Virus record (IMG/VR): IMGVR_UViG_3300045747_000505
Strand: one strand, 5' to 3'
Source: a virus
Taxonomy: Duplodnaviria > Caudoviricetes
Length of the DNA: 64,000 bases
The notes under the pieces: model-generated
Database searches by the model: none
What the model saw: the letters and a program-made list of their open reading frames with translations, nothing else
What the model was told of the DNA's origin: nothing
Position numbers and translations under genes: made by a program
Shown here: one piece after another, positions 52,177 through 61,446 of the stretch
Position numbering within the stretch: the stretch's first letter is position 1
Layout of the letters: the number at the start of each line of letters is the position of its first letter

Positions 52177-53696
52177 AGTTCGAGTTCGACCGTGTTCTGA
52201 ACACCTCACTGAAGGTGTACTCGCAGCTCTACGTCGGCATTCGGCCGTACGCCGAGGGTCAAGCCACCGACCGTGCGCCGCTCGCCTTCGCCACGCCGTA
52301 CGAGAACACCGCCGCCGGCAAGAAGCGGCAGGACTCCGTGAACAGCTGGAACCGTGAGCAGATTCGCGAGGACAACAAGTGGGTCTACAAGAACGGCATC
52401 ACCAAGATCGTCGACAACAAGCCGCGCGGTGGCTTTCGCATCACCGATGACGTCAAGCGCGTCTACTGGGGTGGCGGCAACGTCGTGTTTCGCGTCGAGG
52501 ACCCAGACGGTTGGGAGGTCGAGATTCAATCGTCCAACCTCATGGCGCTGATTCAGGTCAGCGGCATCAACGAGGGTGGCCTCATCCCCGGCTACTGCAT
52601 GTGGGGTCGTGATTCGACCGGCAAGAACATTCTGCTGCATGAGCGCAGCGACGAGTACAAGAACGCCATTCTGGCTGCCGAAGCCGTGGCCAAGCCGAAG
52701 CAGCTCGGCGTCGGTGGTCGTGAGCTCGGCAGCGTGTATCGTCTCAAGGACGGTCAGGCTGGCGCCTACCTCGGCAAGGTCTGGGTTGTGCCTGAGCGCT
52801 ACGCCGACGACTACGACACTCGCTATCGCAGCGAAGCCATTGGCATGCGCGGTGTCGGCAAGTTCATCGCCAAGGACCTTCAAGGTGAAACGGCGATGTT
52901 CGACGTCGAGCTGCACGGCTCTGGCTACAACAGCGACAAGATTCTCGGCGAGCCCGAGCAGTTCGAAGCCGTTCGCATCGTCAGCGACGACAGCGAGACC
53001 GTTCGCCTCTACAAGAAGGCCTATCTCATCGAGCTGATTCAATCGAAGCTGTTCGACCTCACCCCCGAGACCGCCGCCGACTGGGCCAATCAACACAAGC
53101 TCGAGTGGGCTGGCGGCGGTCGCAACGACAGCCCGCGCTGGTGCTTCGCGACGAAGCCGGAGAAGCCCGTCTACGATCTGGCGCCAGTGTCCGAGCAGCT
53201 GGTTCAGCTGGCCATCGACAAAACCATTGAAGTCCAGCGCCGCTCTCGTGGCTACGCCTACAACGGCGTCAACACTCGCTGGATTCCGAATAGGCCATCC
53301 TACGGCCTGGCCAACATCGTGCAGAAGGTCGATGGGCAGCTCGTCAGCGACGTGCTGACCTGCACTCGGCCGAACGTGCTGATCCAGAGCGAGCTTCATC
53401 AGCTTCACAAGGACGGCTACTCACACGAGAACGACGTGCTCTACGGCCTGCCGTTCTTCATCATCAAGGACGGTACTGGCACTCGTCAACTCCGTGCTCG
53501 CCACGTCTGGAACGGTCGCGACAATCGTCAGCGCCCGATCTCCTACTACGGCGCAATGCCGACGCCGGTCATCGCGCAAGGCACGCAGCGCATGCCGCTG
53601 CTCCCAAGCTTCAGCACCGAGGAGCTCCTCACCGACTACCTCGAAACCCACTACAAGCACGACCTCTTTCAGGTCATCGTCAAGGATTCAGCATGA
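52173..53696 (+). CDS. Large hypothetical phage protein
   Basis: 507 aa with strong codon bias; no motif recognised. Confidence 0.8.
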   Translation: MKFEFDRVLNTSLKVYSQLYVGIRPYAEGQATDRAPLAFATPYENTAAGKKRQDSVNSWNREQIREDNKWVYKNGITKIVDNKPRGGFRITDDVKRVYWGGGNVVFRVEDPDGWEVEIQSSNLMALIQVSGINEGGLIPGYCMWGRDSTGKNILLHERSDEYKNAILAAEAVAKPKQLGVGGRELGSVYRLKDGQAGAYLGKVWVVPERYADDYDTRYRSEAIGMRGVGKFIAKDLQGETAMFDVELHGSGYNSDKILGEPEQFEAVRIVSDDSETVRLYKKAYLIELIQSKLFDLTPETAADWANQHKLEWAGGGRNDSPRWCFATKPEKPVYDLAPVSEQLVQLAIDKTIEVQRRSRGYAYNGVNTRWIPNRPSYGLANIVQKVDGQLVSDVLTCTRPNVLIQSELHQLHKDGYSHENDVLYGLPFFIIKDGTGTRQLRARHVWNGRDNRQRPISYYGAMPTPVIAQGTQRMPLLPSFSTEELLTDYLETHYKHDLFQVIVKDSA

Positions 53697-54214
53697 GCCA
53701 CAACTTTCGCCTCTACACCTTCGTCGCCGGTCTGTACCTCAGCGAGCTTCAGAAGGGTCTGCAGACCGCTCACGTGGTCGGCGAGCTGCACACGCTCTAT
53801 CGCTCGTACAGCGGTGCTGAAGAACGCGAGACGGCCATTCTCGACGAGTGGGCCGAGCTCGACAAGACCATCATCATTCTGTCGGCTGACAACCAGGCTG
53901 GTGTGCTGAACGCCTTCAACATGTTCGCCCCAGTCGCCATGGCCTCGCTGCGACTGCCGATGGCCCTGTTCTACGAGGACAAGGAGTCGATGAACGGCAT
54001 GGCCACGGCCTGCGGTGTCATCGTGCCGCAAGTCCTGTGGGACGTGACCTTCACGCCGTCGCAGTCGTTCTCTGGAGCTGAGGGCAAGATGCCAAGCTGG
54101 AAGCCCGCCTTCTACCAGCACATTCCGACCAACGGCGACCCGACCATCATCTACGGCGAGGGCTCTGACGAGTTCTCCTTCTGCAAGCTCCTCAAATCCT
54201 ACAGGTTCGCATAA
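53693..54214 (+). CDS. Peptidyl-tRNA hydrolase 2 (PTH2)-like protein
   Basis: LSELQKGLQTAH, W...DKTIIIL and F.ED.....TA.G resemble the PTH2 pattern GK.AAQ.AH / W....K.VL / TALG. Confidence 0.5.
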   Translation: MSHNFRLYTFVAGLYLSELQKGLQTAHVVGELHTLYRSYSGAEERETAILDEWAELDKTIIILSADNQAGVLNAFNMFAPVAMASLRLPMALFYEDKESMNGMATACGVIVPQVLWDVTFTPSQSFSGAEGKMPSWKPAFYQHIPTNGDPTIIYGEGSDEFSFCKLLKSYRFA

Positions 54215-54606
54215 TGCTTCGTCTCTCACAGCTCATCGCCTCCCTTCAGGCGTGTCAACAGATGTACGGCGACGTCGAGGTCATGAAGAATGATTTCGAG
54301 GACGGCATCATCCCTATTGCGCCACACGTCGAGTATCGGCGCGTGGCGCTCGATCTCGCCAACGGCAAGACCTCTGAGCTGCTCAGCGCCGCGGACTACT
54401 TCATGGCGCACGACGCGGTGCAGAATCACAACCACACTGTGACCGAGATTCAAGAGATCGTGGACAACTGGGAGATGCTGGGCGCCGAGCTGCGCGGCGT
54501 CTTCACCGATCCCAAGGAGCTCATGGACATGCACATGGTCGCCCACTGGCGGAACATCGCCATCGTGCAGGCCTGGGACAACTCGCCAGTCGTGCTGGTT
54601 CTGTAA
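54214..54606 (+). CDS. Hypothetical protein
   Basis: TAATG coupling. Confidence 0.65.
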   Translation: MLRLSQLIASLQACQQMYGDVEVMKNDFEDGIIPIAPHVEYRRVALDLANGKTSELLSAADYFMAHDAVQNHNHTVTEIQEIVDNWEMLGAELRGVFTDPKELMDMHMVAHWRNIAIVQAWDNSPVVLVL

Positions 54607-54651
54607 CAGCCGGCAATCGTTACACCTGAACCAACGATTGTGTGGTACAAT
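54603..54651 (+). promoter_or_regulatory. Early promoter, leaderless
   Basis: GTAAC 54603, GTTAC 54619, TGG-TACAAT 54646, ATG 6 nt downstream. Confidence 0.7.
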
Positions 54652-54657
54652 GCAGAC

Positions 54658-54900
54658 ATGCAATCGGAGCTTCAAGTGACCAAAGACCAAAAGGCCAAGC
54701 TGTTCTTCTACGCGATCACGATCGTCGCCTTCCCTGGCTTTCTGATCCTGCTCGCCTTGATGCTGATCAACCCGTTCTGGTTTCGCCAGGACATGATTCA
54801 GTGGCTCATTCGCCTCTCGAAGCGCTTCGCCACCTATCGGCGCGAGACGGTCGAGGACATTCGTCGTGGTTACGTTCTCTTCGTGGACTGCTCAAAATGA
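54658..54900 (+). CDS. Small membrane protein
   Basis: Leaderless ATG; hydrophobic segment LFFYAITIVAFPGFLILLALMLI. Confidence 0.7.
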   Translation: MQSELQVTKDQKAKLFFYAITIVAFPGFLILLALMLINPFWFRQDMIQWLIRLSKRFATYRRETVEDIRRGYVLFVDCSK

Positions 54901-55106
54901 AACTTTTCCTCGCCACCTTTCGCCTCGAGCACAATCCCTACATGGGCCGGACCCGTGTTGACAAGGAGGTGTCCATGCGGCTGATCTGGGCCGCCAGCGA
55001 CGACGAGGCGGAGAAGAAGCTGTACGCTGCACTGGAGAAGCCGGCGCGCCCTGGCGACGACTCTACGTACGTCAAGGACCTGGACATCAACGAGGCCATT
55101 TCGTAA
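54897..55106 (+). CDS. Small hypothetical protein
   Basis: ATGA coupling. Confidence 0.65.
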   Translation: MKLFLATFRLEHNPYMGRTRVDKEVSMRLIWAASDDEAEKKLYAALEKPARPGDDSTYVKDLDINEAIS

Positions 55107-55177
55107 CATGTCCATGGTAGGTAACATGGACATGTTACACTTTCGCCTGAGCCAGGATGCTCAGGCTGAAGTATAAT
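55103..55177 (+). promoter_or_regulatory. Early promoter with a 14-bp perfect inverted repeat
   Basis: GTAACATGTCCATG (55103-55116) / CATGGACATGTTAC (55125-55138); TATAAT 55172. Confidence 0.8.
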
Positions 55178-55204
55178 GACTCACCGTCAACCAAGGACCC
55201 AATC

Positions 55205-55786
55205 GTGATCGCACAAGACATCACCACCAAGAAGTTCATCGCCGTCTTCCCGCTCAGCCAGATCTGCGCTCAGTGGAAGGGCTACGTCATCGACGCCGCC
55301 GGCACCATCTACTCGAACCGTCAGACGAAGGACCCCAAGACCGTCAAGAAGATGCTCGGGACTCGGGTCTACGGCTCCAGTCAGCGCAACTTCACGCTGA
55401 ACAAGGTCAACCACCGTGGTGACCGTGTGCTGGCTCAAGCCAAGCGCGCCTCGACCTGGGTCAGGGAAACCGACCCGAAGCAGCTGGAGGTGCCGGAACT
55501 GCCGGCCGAAGCCAAGCCGCAGTGGCCGTTCCCGACCGACAAGGCGCAGAGCGATGCCTACCTCGGCAAGAAGCAGGACGTTCTGCAAGCCGTCAAGGAC
55601 CGTGGCCACGTCATCGCCTCCATCACCGAGGGCAAGCTGACCTTCGGTGCCGAGCCGAAGATTCACTCGACTCTGAAGTCCGTCGACGAAGAGGTCGCTC
55701 GTCTGGCCAAGCTGATGCCCGGCACCGTCTTCGTCAAGCTGCTCATCACCGGTGCCGTCGTCGCCGGTGGCCTGACCCACCTCTGA
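55205..55786 (+). CDS. Early hypothetical protein
   Basis: RBS AAGGA before GTG 55205. Confidence 0.7.
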   Translation: MIAQDITTKKFIAVFPLSQICAQWKGYVIDAAGTIYSNRQTKDPKTVKKMLGTRVYGSSQRNFTLNKVNHRGDRVLAQAKRASTWVRETDPKQLEVPELPAEAKPQWPFPTDKAQSDAYLGKKQDVLQAVKDRGHVIASITEGKLTFGAEPKIHSTLKSVDEEVARLAKLMPGTVFVKLLITGAVVAGGLTHL

Positions 55787-55803
55787 ATCCAGGAGTCGTC
55801 AAC

Positions 55804-56379
55804 ATGTACCAATCCGCATCAATCGCTGGCAAGCTGTCCGGCTCCGATCGTCTCGGCCTGGGTGCTGCCCGCTCCGCCGAAGCCGCGCCAAGCTGGGCTC
55901 GTCCTGGTCAGGCCGCTCGCTGGGCAGCGGCCGCTCCCAAACCGTTGCCCGAGTGGGTCAGCGGTCCCGAGTTGACCGAGGCCGACAAGCCGCTGATGGA
56001 TCCCGCCGAGCAGATCCTCGACATCGCGCTGGCCGGCTCCGCCATGCTCGCTGACGTCTGGCGCGTCAAGACGATCGACGCCATCAACGACACCATCGAC
56101 AAGTTCCTGCGGCCGAAGAGCAACGAGTTCTTCAAGTTTCACGACCACGGCACTCGTGAAGGTCTCATCATGACGAAGATGAAGGCCGTCCCACCAGGCG
56201 GTCGTGTCATCATCGCCCCGCACCGCGCGTTCTCCATGGGCGGCCCCAATGACGTGGACCGTGGGTTGGTCGTCATGGGCGGCCTCGGTCAACACGCCGA
56301 GGTGAACTCGTTTCGTCGAGAGATGATCGAGGAAACGTTCTACGATCTGGCCAGCGCGCCGTATTCGACCGGCTACTGA
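55804..56379 (+). CDS. Hypothetical protein
   Basis: RBS AGGAG before ATG 55804. Confidence 0.7.
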   Translation: MYQSASIAGKLSGSDRLGLGAARSAEAAPSWARPGQAARWAAAAPKPLPEWVSGPELTEADKPLMDPAEQILDIALAGSAMLADVWRVKTIDAINDTIDKFLRPKSNEFFKFHDHGTREGLIMTKMKAVPPGGRVIIAPHRAFSMGGPNDVDRGLVVMGGLGQHAEVNSFRREMIEETFYDLASAPYSTGY

Positions 56380-56382
56380 GTC

Positions 56383-56444
56383 GTTACACCTTCCACGGGT
56401 TGTTACACTTTACCGGTGTACAACCCGTCAGGGTATGGTAGAAT
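56383..56444 (+). promoter_or_regulatory. Early promoter
   Basis: GTTAC at 56383 and 56402, GTGTAC 56416, TGG-TAGAAT 56439. Confidence 0.75.
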
Positions 56445-56469
56445 GGTCTCACCAACCGAGAACCTCACC

Positions 56470-56742
56470 ATGCGCCTCATCCTCTCCTTCAACGTCTCCG
56501 ACGACTGCACGTTCTCCTACACGGAGACGGTGCCGATCGAAGCCGAATCACCCGAAGCGGCAATCGTCGAGTTCGAAGAGCAGTGCACCGCCGCCAAGGC
56601 TCGGTGTGAGAAGTCCTGGTTCGACGGTGAGTTCACCGCCTTTGGTCGCACGTTCGACACGACCAACTTCTACTCTGGCGGTCTGATTCAGCTGCCATCC
56701 ATTCAAACCTTCGACGAGTGGTTCGAAGCCAACAAGGAATAA
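56470..56742 (+). CDS. Small acidic hypothetical protein
   Basis: First ATG downstream of the promoter. Confidence 0.65.
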   Translation: MRLILSFNVSDDCTFSYTETVPIEAESPEAAIVEFEEQCTAAKARCEKSWFDGEFTAFGRTFDTTNFYSGGLIQLPSIQTFDEWFEANKE

Positions 56743-56744
56743 TC

Positions 56745-57005
56745 GTGAAGCACGAACCCGCACCCTACCGCCGCGTTCGGCAGCAGGAATCCTGGCTCTC
56801 GCCGCTCCATCACCCGCCGACGCCCAGCACCGTGTACTGGATCTCGTACGGCGACCTGCTCGGTCACGATGACCGCATGCAAGCCTACTACACGGCTGGT
56901 TGTGAGTGGCGTCGGATCCGTATCAACGGCGACGGCACTCGCGAGCTCGGTCCCAAGCTGACTCGAACCCAAGGCCTCGTCTACCTGACCCTGCTCATCG
57001 CGTGA
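56745..57005 (+). CDS. Small hypothetical protein
   Basis: RBS AAGGA before GTG. Confidence 0.55.
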   Translation: MKHEPAPYRRVRQQESWLSPLHHPPTPSTVYWISYGDLLGHDDRMQAYYTAGCEWRRIRINGDGTRELGPKLTRTQGLVYLTLLIA

Positions 57006-57055
57006 GACGTCCCGCAGGCCGTGATAAGATACGACCTGACAACTCCATCAAAGCC

Positions 57056-59035
57056 ATGATCAAATCCAATCAGAAGTCCGTCGAGCAAAAGTACAAGAAG
57101 CTCTCAGAGGTCGAGCACGTTCTGCTTCGACCTGGGCGCTACATCGGCTCCATCACGCCGCACACCGCCGTTGAGTGGGTGCCGGCTGACCAAGCAACGC
57201 GCATGGTCCAGCGTGAGGTCACGTACAACCCTGGCTTTCTGAAGATCTTCGACGAGATCATCACGAACTCGTCAGACCACAGCAAGACGGCGGAGGGCAA
57301 GCACCTTGACGTCATTCGTGTGGATGTTGATCAGGCCACCGGCGAGATCACCGTCTACGACAACGGCGGCATCCCCGTCGTCAAGCACTCCGAGTACGAG
57401 CAGTGGATTCCGGAGATGATCTTCGAACTTCGCGCTGGCTCCAACTTCGACGACGAAGACCAAGCTCAGCTCGCTGGCCAGAACGGCGAGGGTGCCGCGC
57501 TGACCTGCATCTTCTCGACCAAGTTCCGCATCGAGACGTGCGACGGCAAGAACCGCTTTCTGATGACGCTCACCGACAACAGTCAGGGTGGGCGCGATCC
57601 CAAGGTCAACAAGACCGACCAAGCCGGCTTCACGCGCATCACCTACCGTCCTGACTTCGAGAAGCTCGGCTTGCCCGGCATCGATGACAGCAACTTCGCA
57701 ATGCTGTACGCTCGCACGGTCGAGGTCGCCGCCACCAACACGCACCTCAAGGTCTACTTCAACGGCAAGCGGATCATGACCCGCTCGTTCAAGGACTACA
57801 TCGAGCTGTTCACCGACGGCGCCGAGTACGCGTTCGACGAGGGCGACGCCTTCAAGGTCGGCGTGGCCAAGTCTGTCGATGGCTTTCAGCACACGTCCTT
57901 CGTGAACACGTCGAAGACCAAGATCGGCGGTACGCACATTCACTACATCATCAATCAGATCGTCGACGGTCTGCGCGGTGCGCTCGAGAAGAAGGCCAAG
58001 GTCAAGATCGCGCCGGCCGACATTCGCAATCACCTGCACCTGTTCGTCGACGCCACCATCGTCAATCCGCGCTACTCGTCGCAGACGAAGGACGAGCTCA
58101 TCACCGAGCCGAGCGCCTACGGCCGTGGCTGGAAGTGCCCCGACAAGCTCGTGCAGAAGATTCTGAAGACGGACATCGTTCAGTCGGTGCTCGACTGGGT
58201 CGAGGCGAAGAAGGTCCTCGAGGACATGAAGGCGGTCAAGGCCGCTGGCAAGGAGATTGGCAAGGCCGACCCACGCAAGATCGAGAAGTTCTCCGACGCC
58301 GCCGAGCGCAATCAACGCATCAAGTGCATTCTGTTCCTCTCAGAAGGTGACTCGGCTGCCAAGTCCATTCAAGGCGGTCGCGGCAACAATCCGTACATCG
58401 GCTCGTTCCCACTGAAGGGCAAGCCGGCCAACGTTCGTGAGAAGGACGTCATCAAGGTCCTCGGTCTCGATCGCGAGAAGAAGGACAAGGACGGCAAGGT
58501 TCAGCCGAACGAGATTCAGAAGATTCTGACCATCATCGGCCTGAAGATCGGCACGCCGGTCACCTCGCTCGATCAGCTCCGCTTCGGCAAGGTAGCGATC
58601 GCCTCCGACGCCGACGTCGACGGCTTTCACATCTGCGGCCTCCTCATGAACATGTTCGACCGCTTCTGGCCTGAGCTGTTCACCCTCGGCTTCGTCCACA
58701 TTCTGCGGACCCCTGTCGTGGTCGTCACGCTGAAGGACAAGACCACGCTCGAGTTCTTCACCGAGCGCGAGTACAAGGACTGGGAAGCCAAGAGCGGCGC
58801 CAAGACCAAGGGCTGGACGATGAAGTACTACAAGGGTCTGTCGACGTGGAGCACGAAGCAGTTCGGCGCCTTCCTCGGCGACCTCGAGAAGTACCTCTAT
58901 CGCATCGAGCACATCGACGGCGAGGATGACGAGGCGATCGACCTGGCTTTCAACTCTCAGCGCGCCGACGACCGCAAGGTCTGGCTCGAAACGCCCGCCG
59001 CTGAGTTCGATGACTTTGTGACGGAGACAGCATGA
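57056..59035 (+). CDS. DNA topoisomerase II, ATPase/TOPRIM subunit (T4 gp39+gp60 equivalent, unsplit)
   Basis: EHVLLRPGRYIGS, FDEIITNSSD, GQNGEGA, EGDSA, PLKGK, DADVDGFHI, KYYKGL. Confidence 0.95.
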   Translation: MIKSNQKSVEQKYKKLSEVEHVLLRPGRYIGSITPHTAVEWVPADQATRMVQREVTYNPGFLKIFDEIITNSSDHSKTAEGKHLDVIRVDVDQATGEITVYDNGGIPVVKHSEYEQWIPEMIFELRAGSNFDDEDQAQLAGQNGEGAALTCIFSTKFRIETCDGKNRFLMTLTDNSQGGRDPKVNKTDQAGFTRITYRPDFEKLGLPGIDDSNFAMLYARTVEVAATNTHLKVYFNGKRIMTRSFKDYIELFTDGAEYAFDEGDAFKVGVAKSVDGFQHTSFVNTSKTKIGGTHIHYIINQIVDGLRGALEKKAKVKIAPADIRNHLHLFVDATIVNPRYSSQTKDELITEPSAYGRGWKCPDKLVQKILKTDIVQSVLDWVEAKKVLEDMKAVKAAGKEIGKADPRKIEKFSDAAERNQRIKCILFLSEGDSAAKSIQGGRGNNPYIGSFPLKGKPANVREKDVIKVLGLDREKKDKDGKVQPNEIQKILTIIGLKIGTPVTSLDQLRFGKVAIASDADVDGFHICGLLMNMFDRFWPELFTLGFVHILRTPVVVVTLKDKTTLEFFTEREYKDWEAKSGAKTKGWTMKYYKGLSTWSTKQFGAFLGDLEKYLYRIEHIDGEDDEAIDLAFNSQRADDRKVWLETPAAEFDDFVTETA

Positions 59036-59376
59036 GCTCAGCGGGACACTACATTGGACGTGACGACACGTCGGCAGAACCAACCAGGAAGCCGCTAGGG
59101 ATTGAGGGAGCACGGGATGGTGTTCTCAGTGTCGACCGCCTGAGCAAGCTCCCTGCCGTCGAACACCTGGCCGTCCTCGTCGAGAAGCCGTTCTCAGGAC
59201 CCGACGGCTACGGTGGAACCGAGTACGGTCACCTGCTCGAGTACCTCGCCTTCGAAAGTGAAAAAGCCCTCGAGGGCTGGATCCTCGCCGCCACCAAGCG
59301 GAACGATGTGTTTCGCATTCTTCGCACGAAGAAGCTAAGTTACACTGTTCACGCGTCAATCTCACTCGAAGCGTGA
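59032..59376 (+). CDS. Hypothetical protein between the topoisomerase subunits
   Basis: ATGA coupling; no motif recognised. Confidence 0.55.
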   Translation: MSSAGHYIGRDDTSAEPTRKPLGIEGARDGVLSVDRLSKLPAVEHLAVLVEKPFSGPDGYGGTEYGHLLEYLAFESEKALEGWILAATKRNDVFRILRTKKLSYTVHASISLEA

Positions 59377-59388
59377 TATAATCCTACC

Positions 59389-60768
59389 ATGGCACGAATC
59401 ATCAAAACCGACCACGGTCACACGACTCGCCGACGCATTCGCGTTCGCGATTATTTCAATTCGAGCGTCAAGACGTTCTCGCTGCACGACAACGTTCGCT
59501 CCATTCCACTGCTCACCGACGGCATGAAACCGTCGCAGCGCAAGTCCATCTGCGGCGCCCTGTCACGTGGCGAGACCGCTGGTGAGCTGCAGCTCGAACG
59601 GCTGGCTTCACTCATTGCCGCTCACACCGACTACCACCACGGCGCCGCGTCGCTCGTCGGCACCATCGTGGGCATGGCCAACGACAAGATGCCGGGCATG
59701 AACAACATCAACCTGTTCGTTCCGTCCGGTCAGTTCGGCTCTCGTCTCACCTCCGAGCCAGGCGCTGGTCGGTACATCTTCACCTATCTCAGCCCGTACT
59801 TCCGCGAGCTGTTCCGCAAGGACGACGACTGCATTCTCGATCCCATTCTGGTCGACGGCGAGAAGATCGAGCCGCACACCTACATTCCGCTGCTCCCGAT
59901 GTCGCTGGTCAACGGCGCGTCAGGCACCGGCACGGGCCATGGTTGTGAGATCTTCAGCTACCATCCTGAGAAGCTGCGCGACGCCATTCTGTCCGTGCTC
60001 GCCGGCCGAAAGCTGAAGCCGATGGGGCTGACGCCCTGGTTCCGTGGCTATCACGGCACCGTTGCTCGCAACCCTGAGACCAATCAGGTCACGACCACCG
60101 GCACGATCGAGATCGTCAACTCGACGACCATTCGCATCACCGAGCTGGCGCTTGGCGTCTACCTCGACTCGTACAAGAAGGTCCTCAACGACCTCGAGGA
60201 GGAAGAATTCATTCGGTCGTACGACGACGCTTCAACCGAGGATGGCTTCCACTTCACGTGCACCGTGCCGCGCTCGACCACAGCGCTCGACGAGGCCACG
60301 CTGCTCAAGAAGTTCAAGCTCATCGGTCGTGGCACCGAGAACTACACGCTGTGGAACACCGAGGGCACACTGCAGAAGTTCGACTCGCCCGAGGCGATCA
60401 TTGAAGCGTTCGTCCCATGGCGCCTCGCTCGCTACGAGGACCGTCGTCAGAAGCACATCGCTGATACGCGCGAGGCGATTCGCCTGCAGTCCGAGATTGT
60501 TCGCTTCATCCGCTTCTATCTGGCGAACACCAAGGTGTTCAAGGACACCGGCCGCGCCGACCTGATCGCCCTGCTGCTGTCGAAGAACTTCGTCGACTAC
60601 GATCGCCTGCTCTCGATGCCGATCTGGAACCTGACGAAGGACAAGATCGCCGAGCTCGAGCGAAAGCTGACCGACCTCAAGGCGCAGCTCGCCGCCCTCG
60701 AAGCCGACACGGCGAACGACATGTACGCTCGTGAGCTCAAGGCCTTCAAGTACAAGGAACGTCTGTGA
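59389..60768 (+). CDS. DNA topoisomerase II, breakage-reunion subunit (T4 gp52 equivalent)
   Basis: RSIP..TDGMKPSQRK, YHHG..SL, GQFGSR, catalytic GRYIF, PLLPMSLVNG..GTGTG. Leaderless after TGA-TATAAT at 59377. Confidence 0.95.
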   Translation: MARIIKTDHGHTTRRRIRVRDYFNSSVKTFSLHDNVRSIPLLTDGMKPSQRKSICGALSRGETAGELQLERLASLIAAHTDYHHGAASLVGTIVGMANDKMPGMNNINLFVPSGQFGSRLTSEPGAGRYIFTYLSPYFRELFRKDDDCILDPILVDGEKIEPHTYIPLLPMSLVNGASGTGTGHGCEIFSYHPEKLRDAILSVLAGRKLKPMGLTPWFRGYHGTVARNPETNQVTTTGTIEIVNSTTIRITELALGVYLDSYKKVLNDLEEEEFIRSYDDASTEDGFHFTCTVPRSTTALDEATLLKKFKLIGRGTENYTLWNTEGTLQKFDSPEAIIEAFVPWRLARYEDRRQKHIADTREAIRLQSEIVRFIRFYLANTKVFKDTGRADLIALLLSKNFVDYDRLLSMPIWNLTKDKIAELERKLTDLKAQLAALEADTANDMYARELKAFKYKERL

Positions 60769-60947
60769 TCATCGCTGCAGTCCTCATCGTCTGGCTCATC
60801 GTCTCGATCATCTGGTCAACCTACATGCCGGTGCCGCCGGCTCACAGTTGGCGCGCCGACGCAGAGCTTCTCATCTGCCTGCCGTCCATTCTGCTGATCG
60901 TCCTGCTCTTCTGGGTCCTCACCCTCCTCCGCCGCTTCCCCAAATAA
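60765..60947 (+). CDS. Small membrane protein (2 TM helices)
   Basis: Two hydrophobic stretches; GTGA coupling. Confidence 0.55.
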   Translation: MIIAAVLIVWLIVSIIWSTYMPVPPAHSWRADAELLICLPSILLIVLLFWVLTLLRRFPK

Positions 60948-60954
60948 ATAAGCC

Positions 60955-61440
60955 ATGGCACTCTCACTTCAAACCTTCGGCTCAGCACCTGCGGCGATCT
61001 ACCTCGTCGAGCTGTTGAACGAGCGCAACAACGAGCGGTTGACACGCAAGGTCAGCCGCACGCTCTCCAATCAGCGTGAGGTTCTGAAGGACCTGACGTG
61101 CGCTCACCTGTGCGGCGTCATGTCGCTGTCGTCCTTCTGCGCGCTGCTCGAGCTGATGTCCAAGAACAATCAGGCCGAGGTGACCAAGGCGATCGCCACT
61201 GAGGATCAGTTCATCGCGAACCTCGTCGTCAACGTTCTCGAGGGTGGCGTCAAGGCTTGGAAGCGGCGCGCTCAAGAGGCGGCTCGTCAGCGCAGCACGA
61301 TCGCTCGCAAGACTCCAGCCGGCCAGTCCGTCGAGGACCCGTTGGCCAACTGGTTGGACGATGAGAAGACTCCGGCCGACCTGATCAAGCGTTCAAAGGC
61401 CTATCTTGCGCGCAAGGGCAAGAAGGACACTCTCTACTAA
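60955..61440 (+). CDS. Hypothetical protein
   Basis: Preceded by the late-motif variant TAAATAA (60945-60951). Confidence 0.7.
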   Translation: MALSLQTFGSAPAAIYLVELLNERNNERLTRKVSRTLSNQREVLKDLTCAHLCGVMSLSSFCALLELMSKNNQAEVTKAIATEDQFIANLVVNVLEGGVKAWKRRAQEAARQRSTIARKTPAGQSVEDPLANWLDDEKTPADLIKRSKAYLARKGKKDTLY

Positions 61441-61446
61441 GACACC

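Noticed and set aside
56906-57055. N-terminal extension of the topoisomerase B ORF (GTG 56906)
   Set aside because: Overlaps the upstream ORF and a promoter (57021). Homology-like sequence begins at ATG 57056.
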